In this document: one piece after another, positions 40,219-50,477 of the stretch
Layout of the letters: each line of letters opens with the position of its first letter
Position numbering within the stretch: the first letter of the stretch is position 1
Origin: Candidatus Latescibacterota bacterium
GTDB taxonomy: Bacteria > Latescibacterota > UBA2968 > UBA8231
DNA length: 64,000 nt
Assembly: GCA_965206595.1 (NCBI GenBank)
Contig: OZ242214.1
Coordinates: forward strand, 352,001-416,000
Direction of reading: 5' to 3'
Position numbers and translations under genes: made by a program
Notes under the pieces: generated by a model
Told to the model about the DNA's origin: nothing
The model's input: the letters and a program-made list of their open reading frames with translations, nothing else
Database searches by the model: none

Positions 40219-41898
40219 ATGAAGCGGCTGCGCATCACCATCGCCGCGGGGACCGTGGCCGCCGATCTGGCGGACTTCCCGGTGGTCGTCAGGCTGCCGG
40301 GGGCCGCGGCCGCAGCAGGCCTCACCTTCACCGACTCACAGGGCAGGGAGCTTCCGAGCGTCCCGTTCGGAACCCCCGGGGAATCCCTGGTCCGGGTGCT
40401 CCTGCCCGAGGTGACCGCGGCGGCCGACACCGTCTTCTTCGCGGCAGGCGGCGGCAGCGGCTCCGGAGGGTCCGAAGACCCGTTCACCCGGAGCTGCCGG
40501 TTCCCCGTTTCAGAAGAATCCCCGCAGGCGACGGACAAATCGAGCGACGGGAACCGCGGCGGCAGCGCCCTGACCGTCGAGTCCTGGATCCACGCCGGGG
40601 AGTCCCGTGCCGAACAGATGCAGGTGATCGCCTCGCAGTGGCCGCTGGCGGCCGCTCTCGAGCGCTTCGCCACCTACGACGCCGGCGCCACCGACGGCCT
40701 GGAGACGCGGGGGTTCTTCGGGGCGATGTGCGACGGCCGCTACGTCTACTTCTCGCCGCAGTGCAACACCGCGGGGCGCCACGGAACGGCGCTGCGCTAC
40801 GACACCCACGGCGGCTTCGACGACCCGGGAAGCTGGTCGGCGTACGACGCCGGCCGCACCTCGGGGCTCGACACGACCGGGTACTACGGGGTCGCCTGCA
40901 CCGGCCGCTACGTCTACTACGTCCCGGGATACGACGGCGACGGCGGCGGCGGCAGCGGGCTGGTGATCCGCTACGACACCACGGCGCCGTTCGCCGAGGC
41001 GGACAGCTACGAGACCTGGGACGCCGGCGATACCGGCGGCGTGGCCTGCTCCTGCTACGACGGGGCGGTGTTCGACGGCCGCCACGTCTACTACGTCCCC
41101 TACGGCGACAACACCGCGGTGGTCCGCTACGACACCGAGAGCCCGTTCGATGCGGGGGCGAGCTGGGAGTCGCGCGACGTCGCCGGGACCTCCGGCCTGG
41201 ACTGCCGCGGCTTCGACGGCGCCCTGTTCGACGGGCGCTACGTGTACTTCATCCCGTTCTACAATGGGGGGGCCGACGAGAGCGGCTTCCACTGCGAGCT
41301 GCTGCGCTACGACACCAGCATGGACTTCGCCGACGGGGAGGCCTGGAGCGCCGTGGACGGCTCGCTGCTGGCGCCCCCCAATCCCGGCGGCTTCAACGGC
41401 GGCGCCTTCGACGGCCGCTTCCTCTACTTCGCGCCGTGGCGCAAGGACGGGAAGCCGGGCGACCCGACCGGGGACGGTACGATCTTTCCGTACGGACAGG
41501 TGCTGCGCTACGACACCGCCGGCGACGGGGCGCGGTTCCTGCTCAAGTACATGGACTGCGGCCACAACGGCGGCCTCGGGGCCTCGCTGCCCGGCCCAGT
41601 GTTCACCGTCAACACGAAAACCGGTCCGGTGAGCGCGCGCGCCAACTGCAACCCCGGGCCGGGGTGGCATCACGTCGCCGGGGTGTACGACGGCGGGGAG
41701 GCGCGGCTCTACATTGACGGGAGGCTGGTGGGGGCCGCCAGGGGGAAGGGATACCTTGCGGTCAGCGGCGCCGGGGTGCAGGTCGGCGAGCTCGAGGGCT
41801 GCAGCCGCCTCGACGGCGTCGTCGCCCACCTGCGGGTCGAGGAGCGCGTCCGCTCGGGCGCCTGGATCCGCAGGTGGGCGACGACGCCGGGAACATGA
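40219..41898 (+). CDS. LamG-like protein with an inserted GxxFDGRYVYFxP repeat array
   Basis: Start MKRLRITI. Five ~55-aa repeats (GAVFDGRHVYYVP...RYDT..F..SW..D) sit between LTVESWI and WHHVAGVYDG..LYIDG. Confidence 0.72.
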   Translation: MKRLRITIAAGTVAADLADFPVVVRLPGAAAAAGLTFTDSQGRELPSVPFGTPGESLVRVLLPEVTAAADTVFFAAGGGSGSGGSEDPFTRSCRFPVSEESPQATDKSSDGNRGGSALTVESWIHAGESRAEQMQVIASQWPLAAALERFATYDAGATDGLETRGFFGAMCDGRYVYFSPQCNTAGRHGTALRYDTHGGFDDPGSWSAYDAGRTSGLDTTGYYGVACTGRYVYYVPGYDGDGGGGSGLVIRYDTTAPFAEADSYETWDAGDTGGVACSCYDGAVFDGRHVYYVPYGDNTAVVRYDTESPFDAGASWESRDVAGTSGLDCRGFDGALFDGRYVYFIPFYNGGADESGFHCELLRYDTSMDFADGEAWSAVDGSLLAPPNPGGFNGGAFDGRFLYFAPWRKDGKPGDPTGDGTIFPYGQVLRYDTAGDGARFLLKYMDCGHNGGLGASLPGPVFTVNTKTGPVSARANCNPGPGWHHVAGVYDGGEARLYIDGRLVGAARGKGYLAVSGAGVQVGELEGCSRLDGVVAHLRVEERVRSGAWIRRWATTPGT

Positions 41899-41944
41899 GG
41901 GCCCCCGACGATTTCGCCCGCGTCAGCGAGGAGGGGTGACGAGC

Positions 41945-42224
41945 GTGTCCGACAAGGTGCGTTACGCCGAGCTGCGGCCGCGGGAGTTCCGCGAGCGCCT
42001 GGCGCAGCGGCCCCTGGCCTTACCTGCCCCTGGGGACCCTGGAAGGGCACGGGGAGCAGCTTCCCCTCGGCAGCGACGCCATCATCAGCGAGGGGGTGTG
42101 GAAGAGCCAGATCGATCACGCCGCCCGCAACAAGACGTCGCTGGTGATGGCCCTGCGTCCCGGGCTCGTCGATCTCGGGGCCCTGGATGCCGACCGCGAG
42201 GCGGGAAACATTCACGCAACGTAA
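41945..42224 (+). pseudogene. Creatininase family remnant
   Basis: VRYAELRP..F, a frameshift to YLPLGTLEGHGEQLPLGSD, then a deletion joining to DHAA..KTSLVMALRPGLVDL. Confidence 0.75.
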
Positions 42225-42251
42225 CCGGACGATACCACAGGAGGTGAACGG

Positions 42252-44753
42252 ATGATAAAGGACTACGAACCGATCGACCTGGCAGGGGTGCGCAACGCCG
42301 GGGCGGACCTTTTCGGCGGCGGGGACTTTCCCGCCGGGGACCGGACCTTCCAGGGGCTGCCGTTCTCCATCGGCGGCAGCGGGGCGGGGCCTGAGAGCTG
42401 CCTGCTGGCCGCCGGGCCCGGGCACGCGACCGAGCCGGTCTCGATACCTGTGGCCAGCTCCGCGCGCTACGTCGTCTTCGCCCACCGCCTGGTGGAATCG
42501 CGGATCTCGGCGGGCGGTCCGGTCGGCGAGGAGGTCGGCTCCTACGTCTTCCACCTCGCCGGCGGCGAGTCCCACGCGGTCCCACTGCGGGAGCGCTTCG
42601 AGATCTGCACGGTGCCGCCGGACGGGGGCTCCCCGTTCCTCGCCTTCCCCGACTGCGGCGACAGGCTGCTGCCGCGCTGGGAGGGCGGCTGGAGCGACGC
42701 GGGGCGGCGCCAGACCGAGGTGGAGCGGGCGACGCCGCGCTGGTTCGTGCTCTGGTGGTGGAAGAACCCCTCCCCGGAGAAGGAGCTGGTGGCGATCGAG
42801 GTGGTCCCCGGGCGGCGGGTCCTCGCCATAGGCGGCATCACCCTCGGCCGCGCCGACGAGGAGCCGGTCTGCCGGCAGGGGTTGCGCGACGTCGTCGTCA
42901 CCCTGCCGCAGGCCGAGGACGCGGAGAAACCGTTCGCTCTCGAGGTCGAGGTCGACCGCGGCGTGGCGACCTACCCGTACCCGCTGCCCGAGATGCCGGC
43001 CGGCGAGTTCGTCGCCGACGACCGCAAGGGATGGGGGGAGCCGCAGAACGAGAAGAGCAGTCCGTCCCAGGTCGAGATCGCCGCCTCGCCGTCGGCGACG
43101 GTGACCGTGAAGCAGGGGGAGGAGACCCTGGGAGAGGTCAACTGGGGGGAGGTGCTCGCCGAGGGCCGGGCGGAGTCCGGTTCGAGAGTTCGCGTCGAGG
43201 TCGTCGACGACGGCCGCAACTGGGTGCACACCCGGGTGATCGACGACGACACCGGGCGGCCGGTCCCCTGCCGCGTCCACTTCCGCTCGCCGCGCGGGGT
43301 GGCCTACGCCCCCCACGGGCACCACGCCCACGTCAACTCCAACAACGGCACCTGGCACTTCGACGTCGGCGGCGACCTGCGCCTCGGCCAGGCTTCCTAC
43401 GCCTACATCGACGGCACCTGCCAGGGCTGGCTGCCGCGCGGGGAGGTGATCGTCGACGTGGCCCGGGGGTTCGAGTACGAGCCGATCCGGCGCAGGCTCG
43501 AGCTGAAACCGGGGCAGCGGGAGCTGGAGCTGCGCCTGAAGCGCTGGTGCCACATGAACGCCGAGGGCTGGTACAGCGGCGACTCCCACGTCCACTTCCT
43601 GTCGGCCCAGGGCAGCCACACCGAGGCCAACGCCGAGGACCTCAACGTCGTCAACATGCTGCAGTCGCAGTGGGGCACCCTGTTCACCGACAAGCAGGAG
43701 TTCACCGGCGCTCCCAGTGTTTCCGACGACGGCAACAGCATCGTCTACGTGTCGCAGGAGAACAGGCAGCACTTCCTCGGCCACCTGATTCTGTGGGGCC
43801 TCAAGGAGCCGGTCATGCCCTGGTGCTCGGACGGCCCCGGGGAGGCGGAGATGGGCGGCACCCTCGAGGTGACCATGTCGGACTGGGCCGACCGCACCCA
43901 CGCCCAGGGAGGGACGGTGGTGATCCCCCACCTGCCGAACCCCAACGGCGAGCCCGCGGCCCTGATCGCCACCGGCAGGGCGGACGCCGTCGAGATGCTG
44001 CGCCACGCCGAGTTCAATCACCACGAGTACTACCGCTACCTCAACTGCGGGTACAAGCTTCCGCTGGTCGGCGGCACCGACAAGATGTCGAGCGACGTGC
44101 CGGTCGGCATCTACCGCACCTACGCCAGGCTCGGCGAAGGGGAGGAGTTCACCTACGACAACTGGTGCCGGGCGGTGGCCGCCGGCCGCACCGTCCACAG
44201 CGGCGGGCCGATGCTGAAGTTCCGCGTCGACGGCCGCGAGATCGGCGACACCGTAGAGCTGCCGGGCAACGGCGGCACCCTGGAGTTCGAGGCCGAGGCC
44301 GAGTGCATCTTCCCCGTCCACTGCCTGCAGGTGGTCCAGGAGGGGCGCGTGGTGGCCGAGGCGTCCGAGCCGAAGGGGGCGCGCCGGCTCACCCTCAGGG
44401 GGAAGGCGGAGATCAGCGGCCACTCCTGGCTGGCGGCGCGGGTCGCCGGCCCGGGGTACCGGTCGGTGCCGCATTACGACGGCTGGGGCCGCGGCATCTT
44501 CGCGCACACCTCACCGGTCTACGTCGCCTGCGGCGGGGAGTGGTGGATGTTCGATCAGGAGACGGCGACCTACATGCTGACCCTGGTCGACGGCTGCATC
44601 GAGTACATCCGCAACACCAGCCGCCAGCACGAGGTGGGGACGGCCACCCACCACCACGGGGAAGCCGATCACGGCGCCTACCTCGAGCGGCCCTTCGCCG
44701 AGGCGCGCGAGGCCATTCACCGGCGCATGCACAAGCTCGGCCTGCCGCACTGA
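42252..44753 (+). CDS. CehA/McbA family PHP metallohydrolase
   Basis: WYSGDSHVH, QENRQHFLGH, YYRYLNCG, GGTDKM and AHTSPVYV motifs. Confidence 0.88.
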   Translation: MIKDYEPIDLAGVRNAGADLFGGGDFPAGDRTFQGLPFSIGGSGAGPESCLLAAGPGHATEPVSIPVASSARYVVFAHRLVESRISAGGPVGEEVGSYVFHLAGGESHAVPLRERFEICTVPPDGGSPFLAFPDCGDRLLPRWEGGWSDAGRRQTEVERATPRWFVLWWWKNPSPEKELVAIEVVPGRRVLAIGGITLGRADEEPVCRQGLRDVVVTLPQAEDAEKPFALEVEVDRGVATYPYPLPEMPAGEFVADDRKGWGEPQNEKSSPSQVEIAASPSATVTVKQGEETLGEVNWGEVLAEGRAESGSRVRVEVVDDGRNWVHTRVIDDDTGRPVPCRVHFRSPRGVAYAPHGHHAHVNSNNGTWHFDVGGDLRLGQASYAYIDGTCQGWLPRGEVIVDVARGFEYEPIRRRLELKPGQRELELRLKRWCHMNAEGWYSGDSHVHFLSAQGSHTEANAEDLNVVNMLQSQWGTLFTDKQEFTGAPSVSDDGNSIVYVSQENRQHFLGHLILWGLKEPVMPWCSDGPGEAEMGGTLEVTMSDWADRTHAQGGTVVIPHLPNPNGEPAALIATGRADAVEMLRHAEFNHHEYYRYLNCGYKLPLVGGTDKMSSDVPVGIYRTYARLGEGEEFTYDNWCRAVAAGRTVHSGGPMLKFRVDGREIGDTVELPGNGGTLEFEAEAECIFPVHCLQVVQEGRVVAEASEPKGARRLTLRGKAEISGHSWLAARVAGPGYRSVPHYDGWGRGIFAHTSPVYVACGGEWWMFDQETATYMLTLVDGCIEYIRNTSRQHEVGTATHHHGEADHGAYLERPFAEAREAIHRRMHKLGLPH

Positions 44754-44773
44754 CCGGGCGGGGCCGGCGCAGC

Positions 44774-45973
44774 TCAAAGGTGCGCCGGGTAGTACCCGTA
44801 CCCCCGCAGGTCGACCTCGTCGCCTGCCCGCGCCCAGGGCAGGGACAGCTCGGAGAACAGGGCCGCTTCCGCGAACGCCTGCAGCACCGCCTCCTTCATT
44901 CCGGGGAAGACGACGGTGCCTTCACGCAGCTGGTGGCCGGGAAGCGCGTGGACCGCGGAGGACTCGAAGCTGCCGCAGGTGCACAGGGTCTGCGCTCTGG
45001 CCACGGCCAGCGGGCAGGGAGGCAGGTCGAGCCCGCCGATGGCGAGGGCGGCCGCCTTTTCCAGCACGTCGGTGACCGCGGCTTCGGGAACCGGCAGCGG
45101 TTCCCGCCCCCCGCCGGACCATTCGATGGCGCCGCCCCCTTCGTACTCGAGAGTGATCGTCGCTTTCTCCGCTTCCAGCACGAAGACGGTGTCGAGCAGC
45201 TCGTCGGTGCAGTGGCTGGCGGCGAAGAGAACCTCGGCCCCTTCGACGGACTGCATGCGCAGGGAGACGGAGTCGGCGCTGTGGATGGCGTTGCAGCGGT
45301 AGAGCTCGGCCCGGATCGACTCCGGGGTCAGCGACTGCCGCGGGCGCTCGCAGCCGAGGTAGCACATGAGGTTGACGGCGTGGGCCATGGCGTTCTGGTG
45401 GGGGGCGTCGAGAACCCAGCGGTCGCCGACGCCGAAGTGCCCTGCCCACTCGTTGCGGCCGTAGTACTCGAGGCTGCGAGGCCAGCTCCCGAACGCCTTG
45501 ACCCTGCGCACCGCCCCGAAGCGGCCGGCGCAGATCCACTCCTTGAGCCGGGCGACGTCGTCGCGGTACAGGTGCTGGTAGCCGACGGTGACCTGCAGTC
45601 CGGACTGCCCGGCGGTGCGGACCATGGCGTCGGTATCCTGGATCGAGCCGGAGGCCGGCTTCTCGACCAGCACGTTGCAGCCGGCCTCGAGGCAGGCGAC
45701 CGTCATCGGCCGGTGCAGGTGGATGCCGGTGGGAATGGTGACGAGGTCGATCTCGTGCCGCTGCGCCGCCAGCATCTGGCGCAGGCTGTTGTACACGGCG
45801 ACGCCGCGCTGGCGCAGGGCGGCGATGTCGGCGGCGAAGGGCCGGTGGTCGAAGGGCGGGGCGACCTGGGCGACCTGGCGGACGGCTCCCTTGCCGTCGA
45901 GTTCGCGCGCCCAGGAGCGGTGGTCCGCGGCGAACCCCCCCATGCCGACGACGGCAACCCTGGGAACCGTCAT
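44774..45973 (-). CDS. Gfo/Idh/MocA oxidoreductase
   Basis: VVGMGGFA, LVEKPAS, GYQ and NAMAH motifs; start MTVPR. Confidence 0.88.
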   Translation of the reverse strand: MTVPRVAVVGMGGFAADHRSWARELDGKGAVRQVAQVAPPFDHRPFAADIAALRQRGVAVYNSLRQMLAAQRHEIDLVTIPTGIHLHRPMTVACLEAGCNVLVEKPASGSIQDTDAMVRTAGQSGLQVTVGYQHLYRDDVARLKEWICAGRFGAVRRVKAFGSWPRSLEYYGRNEWAGHFGVGDRWVLDAPHQNAMAHAVNLMCYLGCERPRQSLTPESIRAELYRCNAIHSADSVSLRMQSVEGAEVLFAASHCTDELLDTVFVLEAEKATITLEYEGGGAIEWSGGGREPLPVPEAAVTDVLEKAAALAIGGLDLPPCPLAVARAQTLCTCGSFESSAVHALPGHQLREGTVVFPGMKEAVLQAFAEAALFSELSLPWARAGDEVDLRGYGYYPAHL

Positions 45974-46149
45974 GTTTCCATCTCCGGCAGGAAAGCCGGT
46001 ATCCCGGACCTGGGATATCTCACGCGTGAGGATTCCAAGGGCGCGGCTCCTCCTTTGCGGGTTGGCGTTTGCAGTTGACGAAAGTACGTTGCCGGAAACC
46101 TGAGCAGGGCATCGATTCTCGCGGCGACCGCGAGCAGGAAAGGTCAATA

Positions 46150-47940
46150 ATGTCGGCTGCAGAGCTTTCGAGTCCCAATCCCACGAACCGCCGCGTCGAC
46201 CCCATAGCCTTCGAGGTGATCCGCAACGCCCTGGTGGAGGCGACCGAGGAGATGGCCGTCGCCCTCAGGCGGTCGGCGTACTCGACCAACATCAAGACGC
46301 GGGCGGACTTCTCCTGCGTGCTGTTCGACCGCGACCTGCGGGCGGTGGCCCAGTGCTTCGCCCAGCCCACCCACCTCGGGTCGATGGTCGAGCTGGTGCC
46401 CAAGGCGGTCAGGATGTACGGGGCGGAGAACCTCGGTCCGGGGGACGCCATCCTGACCAACGACGCCCACGCCGGCGGCGTCCACCTCAACGACATCGCC
46501 CTGATCTCTCCGGTCTTCTGCGCCGGCGAGCTGTTCGGGTACGCCGCCAACATCGCCCACCACGTCGACGTCGGCGGCGGCGCCCCGGCCAGCGTCGGCG
46601 CCTTCCAGGAGGTGTTCCAGGAGGGAGTGATCATCCCCGCGATCAAGCTGGTGCGGGCCGGGGAAATCGAGCCCGACCTGTTCCGGCTGGTGCTGGCGCA
46701 GATCCGCTCGAAGCGGGAAACCGCCGGCGACCTGCGCGCCCAGATCGCCGCCAACAACACCGGGATCCGCCGCGTCAACGACCTCGTGGCCCGCGTCGGG
46801 GCGGAGGCAGTGGCGTTCTACACCGGCGAGCTGATCGCCTACACCGAGCGGCGCACGCGCGCCGACCTCGCCCGGCTGCCGAAAGGGGAGTTCCGCGCCG
46901 GGGGCTGCATCGACAACGACGGCTTCGGCGGCGAGCCGGTGGCCCTGGCCGCCCGCATCCTCATCGGGGAAGACGGGGTGCTGTTCGATCTCGAGGGCTG
47001 CGACCCGCAGCGCCGGGCGCCGGTGAACTCGACCTACGCCCAGACCTTCTCGGCCTGCGCCTTCGTGCTCAAGTGCCTGATCGACGACGACGTGCCGGTC
47101 AACGCCGGCTTCTACGGCCAGGTGCGCATGAACGCCCCGGTGGGTACCGTCGCCAACTGCACCGCTCCGGCGGCCGTGGTCGGCGGCTGGGAGACCCAGA
47201 CGAGGCTGATCGACGTGATGTTCAAGGCCCTCGCCCCCGCCCTTCCGCAGCGCATGCCTGCCGGCACCAAGGCGATGCAGTGCCACGCCGGCTTCGGCGG
47301 CACCGACCCGCGCAGCGGCGAGTACTACTGCTACCTCGAGACCTTGGCCGGCGGCTTCGGGGGCCGCGCCGGCAGCGACGGCCCCGACGCCGTGCAGACG
47401 CACGGGCAGAACACGGAGAACGCGCCGATCGAGGAGACGGAGATGAACTACCCGCTGCATGTCGTGCGCTACGAGCTGGTCGAGGACTCCGACGGGGCCG
47501 GCACCTGGCGCGGGGGCCTGGGACTGCGGCGGGACTACCGCTTCTACGGCCACGAGGTCCGCTTCACCGTGCTCGCCGACCGCGACCGCTGGGGGCCTCA
47601 CGGCCTGTTCGGGGGGGAGCCGGGCCGCAAGGCGAGCTACGTGCTCGACCCGGACGGCGAGGCCGCGGAGCTGAGCTCGAAGGTGACCTTCGACCTCGCC
47701 CCGGGGGAGGTGATGAGCTACCGCACCTGCGGCGGAGGCGGGTACGGTCCGCCGCACGAGCGCGATCCGCTGGCGGTGCTCGCCGACGTTCGCGAGGGCA
47801 AGATCTGTCTCGAACGCGCCCGCGAGGTGTACGGCGTTGCCGTCGACACGGAGGGCTGGCGAGTGGACGAGGCGGAGACCGCCAGGCTGCGCGCCGCTGC
47901 CGAAGAAGGGGGGGGACCGTGGCGCATAGACTGGGTATAG
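46150..47940 (+). CDS. hyuB: Hydantoinase B/5-oxoprolinase subunit
   Basis: SAYSTNIK..ADFSC, HLNDI, AHHVDVGG and GGGGYGPP motifs. Confidence 0.9.
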   Translation: MSAAELSSPNPTNRRVDPIAFEVIRNALVEATEEMAVALRRSAYSTNIKTRADFSCVLFDRDLRAVAQCFAQPTHLGSMVELVPKAVRMYGAENLGPGDAILTNDAHAGGVHLNDIALISPVFCAGELFGYAANIAHHVDVGGGAPASVGAFQEVFQEGVIIPAIKLVRAGEIEPDLFRLVLAQIRSKRETAGDLRAQIAANNTGIRRVNDLVARVGAEAVAFYTGELIAYTERRTRADLARLPKGEFRAGGCIDNDGFGGEPVALAARILIGEDGVLFDLEGCDPQRRAPVNSTYAQTFSACAFVLKCLIDDDVPVNAGFYGQVRMNAPVGTVANCTAPAAVVGGWETQTRLIDVMFKALAPALPQRMPAGTKAMQCHAGFGGTDPRSGEYYCYLETLAGGFGGRAGSDGPDAVQTHGQNTENAPIEETEMNYPLHVVRYELVEDSDGAGTWRGGLGLRRDYRFYGHEVRFTVLADRDRWGPHGLFGGEPGRKASYVLDPDGEAAELSSKVTFDLAPGEVMSYRTCGGGGYGPPHERDPLAVLADVREGKICLERAREVYGVAVDTEGWRVDEAETARLRAAAEEGGGPWRIDWV

Positions 47941-50006
47941 ACATAGGCGGCACCTTCACCGACGCCAACCTCGTCGACGAGGCGACCGGCGAGGTGCGCA
48001 CCGCCAAGGTCCCGACCACCCCGGGGGACCCGGCCGCCGGATTCAGCGAGGCGGCGCGGCGCATTCTCACCGAGCAGGGGGTCGACGCCGGGGACGTCAC
48101 CTACGTCATGCACGCGACCACCGTAGCGACGAACGCCATCATCGAGGGGAAAGTGGCGTGCACCGGGTTCGTCACCACCGCCGGCTTCCGCGACATGCTG
48201 GAGATCGCGCGCCAGATACGCCCCTCCCTCTACGACCTGCATTTCGAGAAGCCCCGGCCCCTGGTGCCCCGCTACCTCTGCGTCGGCGTGCCGGAGCGGC
48301 TCGGGGCCGGCGGCGAGGTCCTCGAGGCGCTGGACGAGGAGGCGGTCGGGCAGGCGGCGGACCGGCTGCGCCGGGAAGGGGTGGAGGCGATCGCCGTCTG
48401 CTTCCTCCACGCCTACGCCAACCCCGGGCACGAGCGCCGCGCCGGCGAGATCCTGCGGCAGCGCTTTCCCGGGGCCATGGTATCGCTGTCGTCGGAGGTC
48501 GCCCCGGAGTTCCGCGAGTACTTCCGGGCCAGCACCACCGTCATCAACGCCTGCATCCGCCCGGTCGTCGCCGAGTACCTCAGGCGCATCGAGGAGCGCC
48601 TGCGCGCCGCCGGGGTGGCCGCGGAGCTGCTGGTGATGCAGAGCAGCGGCGGGGTGTTCAGTTTCGCCGCGGCGAGGGAGAAGCCGGTGTTCATGGTGGA
48701 GTCCGGCCCGGCCGCGGGGGTGACCGCGGCCGCCTGGCTCGGCAACTCCCTCGGCCGCGGGGAGGTCATCTCCTTCGACATGGGGGGAACCACCGCCAAG
48801 GTCGGACTGATCCGGAACGGCGCCCCGTCGGTGACCAAGGACTACGAGGTCGGAGCGGCCGCCCGCAGCGCCGCCGGGGCCTCGCGGGGAGCGGGATATC
48901 CGATACGGACCCCGGTGATCGACCTGGTGGAGATCGGGGCGGGAGGGGGCTCCATCGCCTGGGTGGACGCCGGCGGAGGACTGAGAGTCGGTCCGCGCAG
49001 CGCCGGGGCCGACCCGGGTCCCGCCTGCTACGGACAGGGGGGCCGCGAGCCCACCCTGACCGACGCCAACCTGCTCCTGGGGCGCCTCAACCCCGGTTAC
49101 TTTCTCGGCGGGGAGATCCCGCTCGACGTCGAGGCGGCGAGGAGTGCCATCGCCGGCGCCTGCGCCGAGCCCCTGGGAATGGACCCGGTCGAGGCCGCCC
49201 ACGGCATCGTCGAGATCGCCAACGCCGCCATGGTCAACGCCCTGCGCCTGGTCTCCATCCAGCGCGGCTGGGACCCCCGGGAGTTCGCCCTCGTCGCCTT
49301 CGGAGGAGCCGGACCCGTGCACGCCTGCCGCCTGGCCGCGGAGATGGAGATACCCCTCACCGTCATCCCCGCGAGCCCGGGCACCTTTTCCGCTACAGGC
49401 CTCCTGGTCACCGATCTCAAGCGGGACTACTCGACGACGCGGATCCAACGCGCCGACCGGCTCGACATCGAGGCGGTCGAGTCGGTGTACGCGGGACTGG
49501 AAGCGCAGGGACGGGAAGCGCTGGAGCGCGAGGGGATTCCTGCCGGGGACACCGGCTACCTGCGCCAGGCGGATATCCGCTACGTCGGGCAGAGCTACGA
49601 GCTGACCCTGCCCCTGCCGGTCGGGAAGCTCGACGAGGCCGCAATCGCCGGCGTGCTGGCCGAGTTCCACCGCGAGCACGACCGGGCCTACGGCTTCAGC
49701 GCCCCGGAGGAACCGGTCGAGTTCGTCGCCCACCGACTGACGGCGACCGGACGCATCGCCAAGCCGAGGCTGCGGGAATGGCAGGGGGGCGGGGAACCAC
49801 CGGGTGCCCGGAAGGAGAGCAGGCCCGTGTACTTCGCCGAAAGCGGGGGATTCGCAGACTGCCCGGTGTACGACCGCTACGGTCTGCGGGCCGGGAGCGT
49901 GGTAGAGGGGCCGTGCGTGGTGGAGGAGAAGGATTCGACGACGGTCATCCATCCGGAGTTCGCCGCCGAGGTCGACGGGTTCGGGAATCTCGTGGTTACC
50001 CGGTGA
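47919..50006 (+). CDS. hyuA: Hydantoinase A/5-oxoprolinase subunit
   Basis: DIGGTFTD, SGPAAG, DMGGTT, IGAGGGSIA and SAGADPGPACY motifs; GTG start 47919. Confidence 0.9.
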   Translation: MAHRLGIDIGGTFTDANLVDEATGEVRTAKVPTTPGDPAAGFSEAARRILTEQGVDAGDVTYVMHATTVATNAIIEGKVACTGFVTTAGFRDMLEIARQIRPSLYDLHFEKPRPLVPRYLCVGVPERLGAGGEVLEALDEEAVGQAADRLRREGVEAIAVCFLHAYANPGHERRAGEILRQRFPGAMVSLSSEVAPEFREYFRASTTVINACIRPVVAEYLRRIEERLRAAGVAAELLVMQSSGGVFSFAAAREKPVFMVESGPAAGVTAAAWLGNSLGRGEVISFDMGGTTAKVGLIRNGAPSVTKDYEVGAAARSAAGASRGAGYPIRTPVIDLVEIGAGGGSIAWVDAGGGLRVGPRSAGADPGPACYGQGGREPTLTDANLLLGRLNPGYFLGGEIPLDVEAARSAIAGACAEPLGMDPVEAAHGIVEIANAAMVNALRLVSIQRGWDPREFALVAFGGAGPVHACRLAAEMEIPLTVIPASPGTFSATGLLVTDLKRDYSTTRIQRADRLDIEAVESVYAGLEAQGREALEREGIPAGDTGYLRQADIRYVGQSYELTLPLPVGKLDEAAIAGVLAEFHREHDRAYGFSAPEEPVEFVAHRLTATGRIAKPRLREWQGGGEPPGARKESRPVYFAESGGFADCPVYDRYGLRAGSVVEGPCVVEEKDSTTVIHPEFAAEVDGFGNLVVTR

Positions 50007-50021
50007 GTCGGGGCCGCGGGG

Positions 50022-50180
50022 TTACTCCTCGAACAGGCTGGCCTTGATGCGGCCCCAGGAGACGCCTTCGACAGCGGTACCATCGGAGCCGCCGTCTGCT
50101 TCCAGGAGGATTCCTTGAGCCCAAAAATCAGATTGGGAAACATTGGGATCGTCGTACGACGCATTCGGACCAAATAGGTT
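50022..50180 (-). pseudogene. Orphan C-terminal cassette of the SWGRIKA family (no start codon)
   Basis: Open frame NLFGPNASYDDPNVSQSDFWAQGILLEADGGSDGTAVEGVSWGRIKASLFEE*, beginning 2 nt after the stop of the upstream fragment. Confidence 0.8.
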
Positions 50181-50182
50181 GG

Positions 50183-50477
50183 CTATTCCGACAGGCTGGC
50201 CTTGATGTGGGCCCAGGTGAGGCTTTCGATCGCGGTGTCATCGGTACGACCGTCTGCGCCCAGAAGAATACCTCGAGCCCACAAGTCAGACTCGAAAAAC
50301 AGTTTGGGGAAATAGTCCTCCAAACTCAGGACGGAAGCATCCGGTCCGAACAGGTCCAGGTACCCCTCCGCCGGGCCAAGGTCCTCGTGGTATTCGTCAT
50401 AATCGGACAATGAGATGGCGAACCCGATTGTCTTGCCGGAGGAAAGATCCGAGACCGCACTTTGCTCCGGGGCATCC
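50183..50477 (-). pseudogene. IS3-truncated 3' half of an SWGRIKA-family gene
   Basis: SAVSDLSSGKTIGFAISLSD...DLFGPDAS...SLTWAHIKASLSE*; the 5' end abuts the IS3 inverted repeat. Confidence 0.78.
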
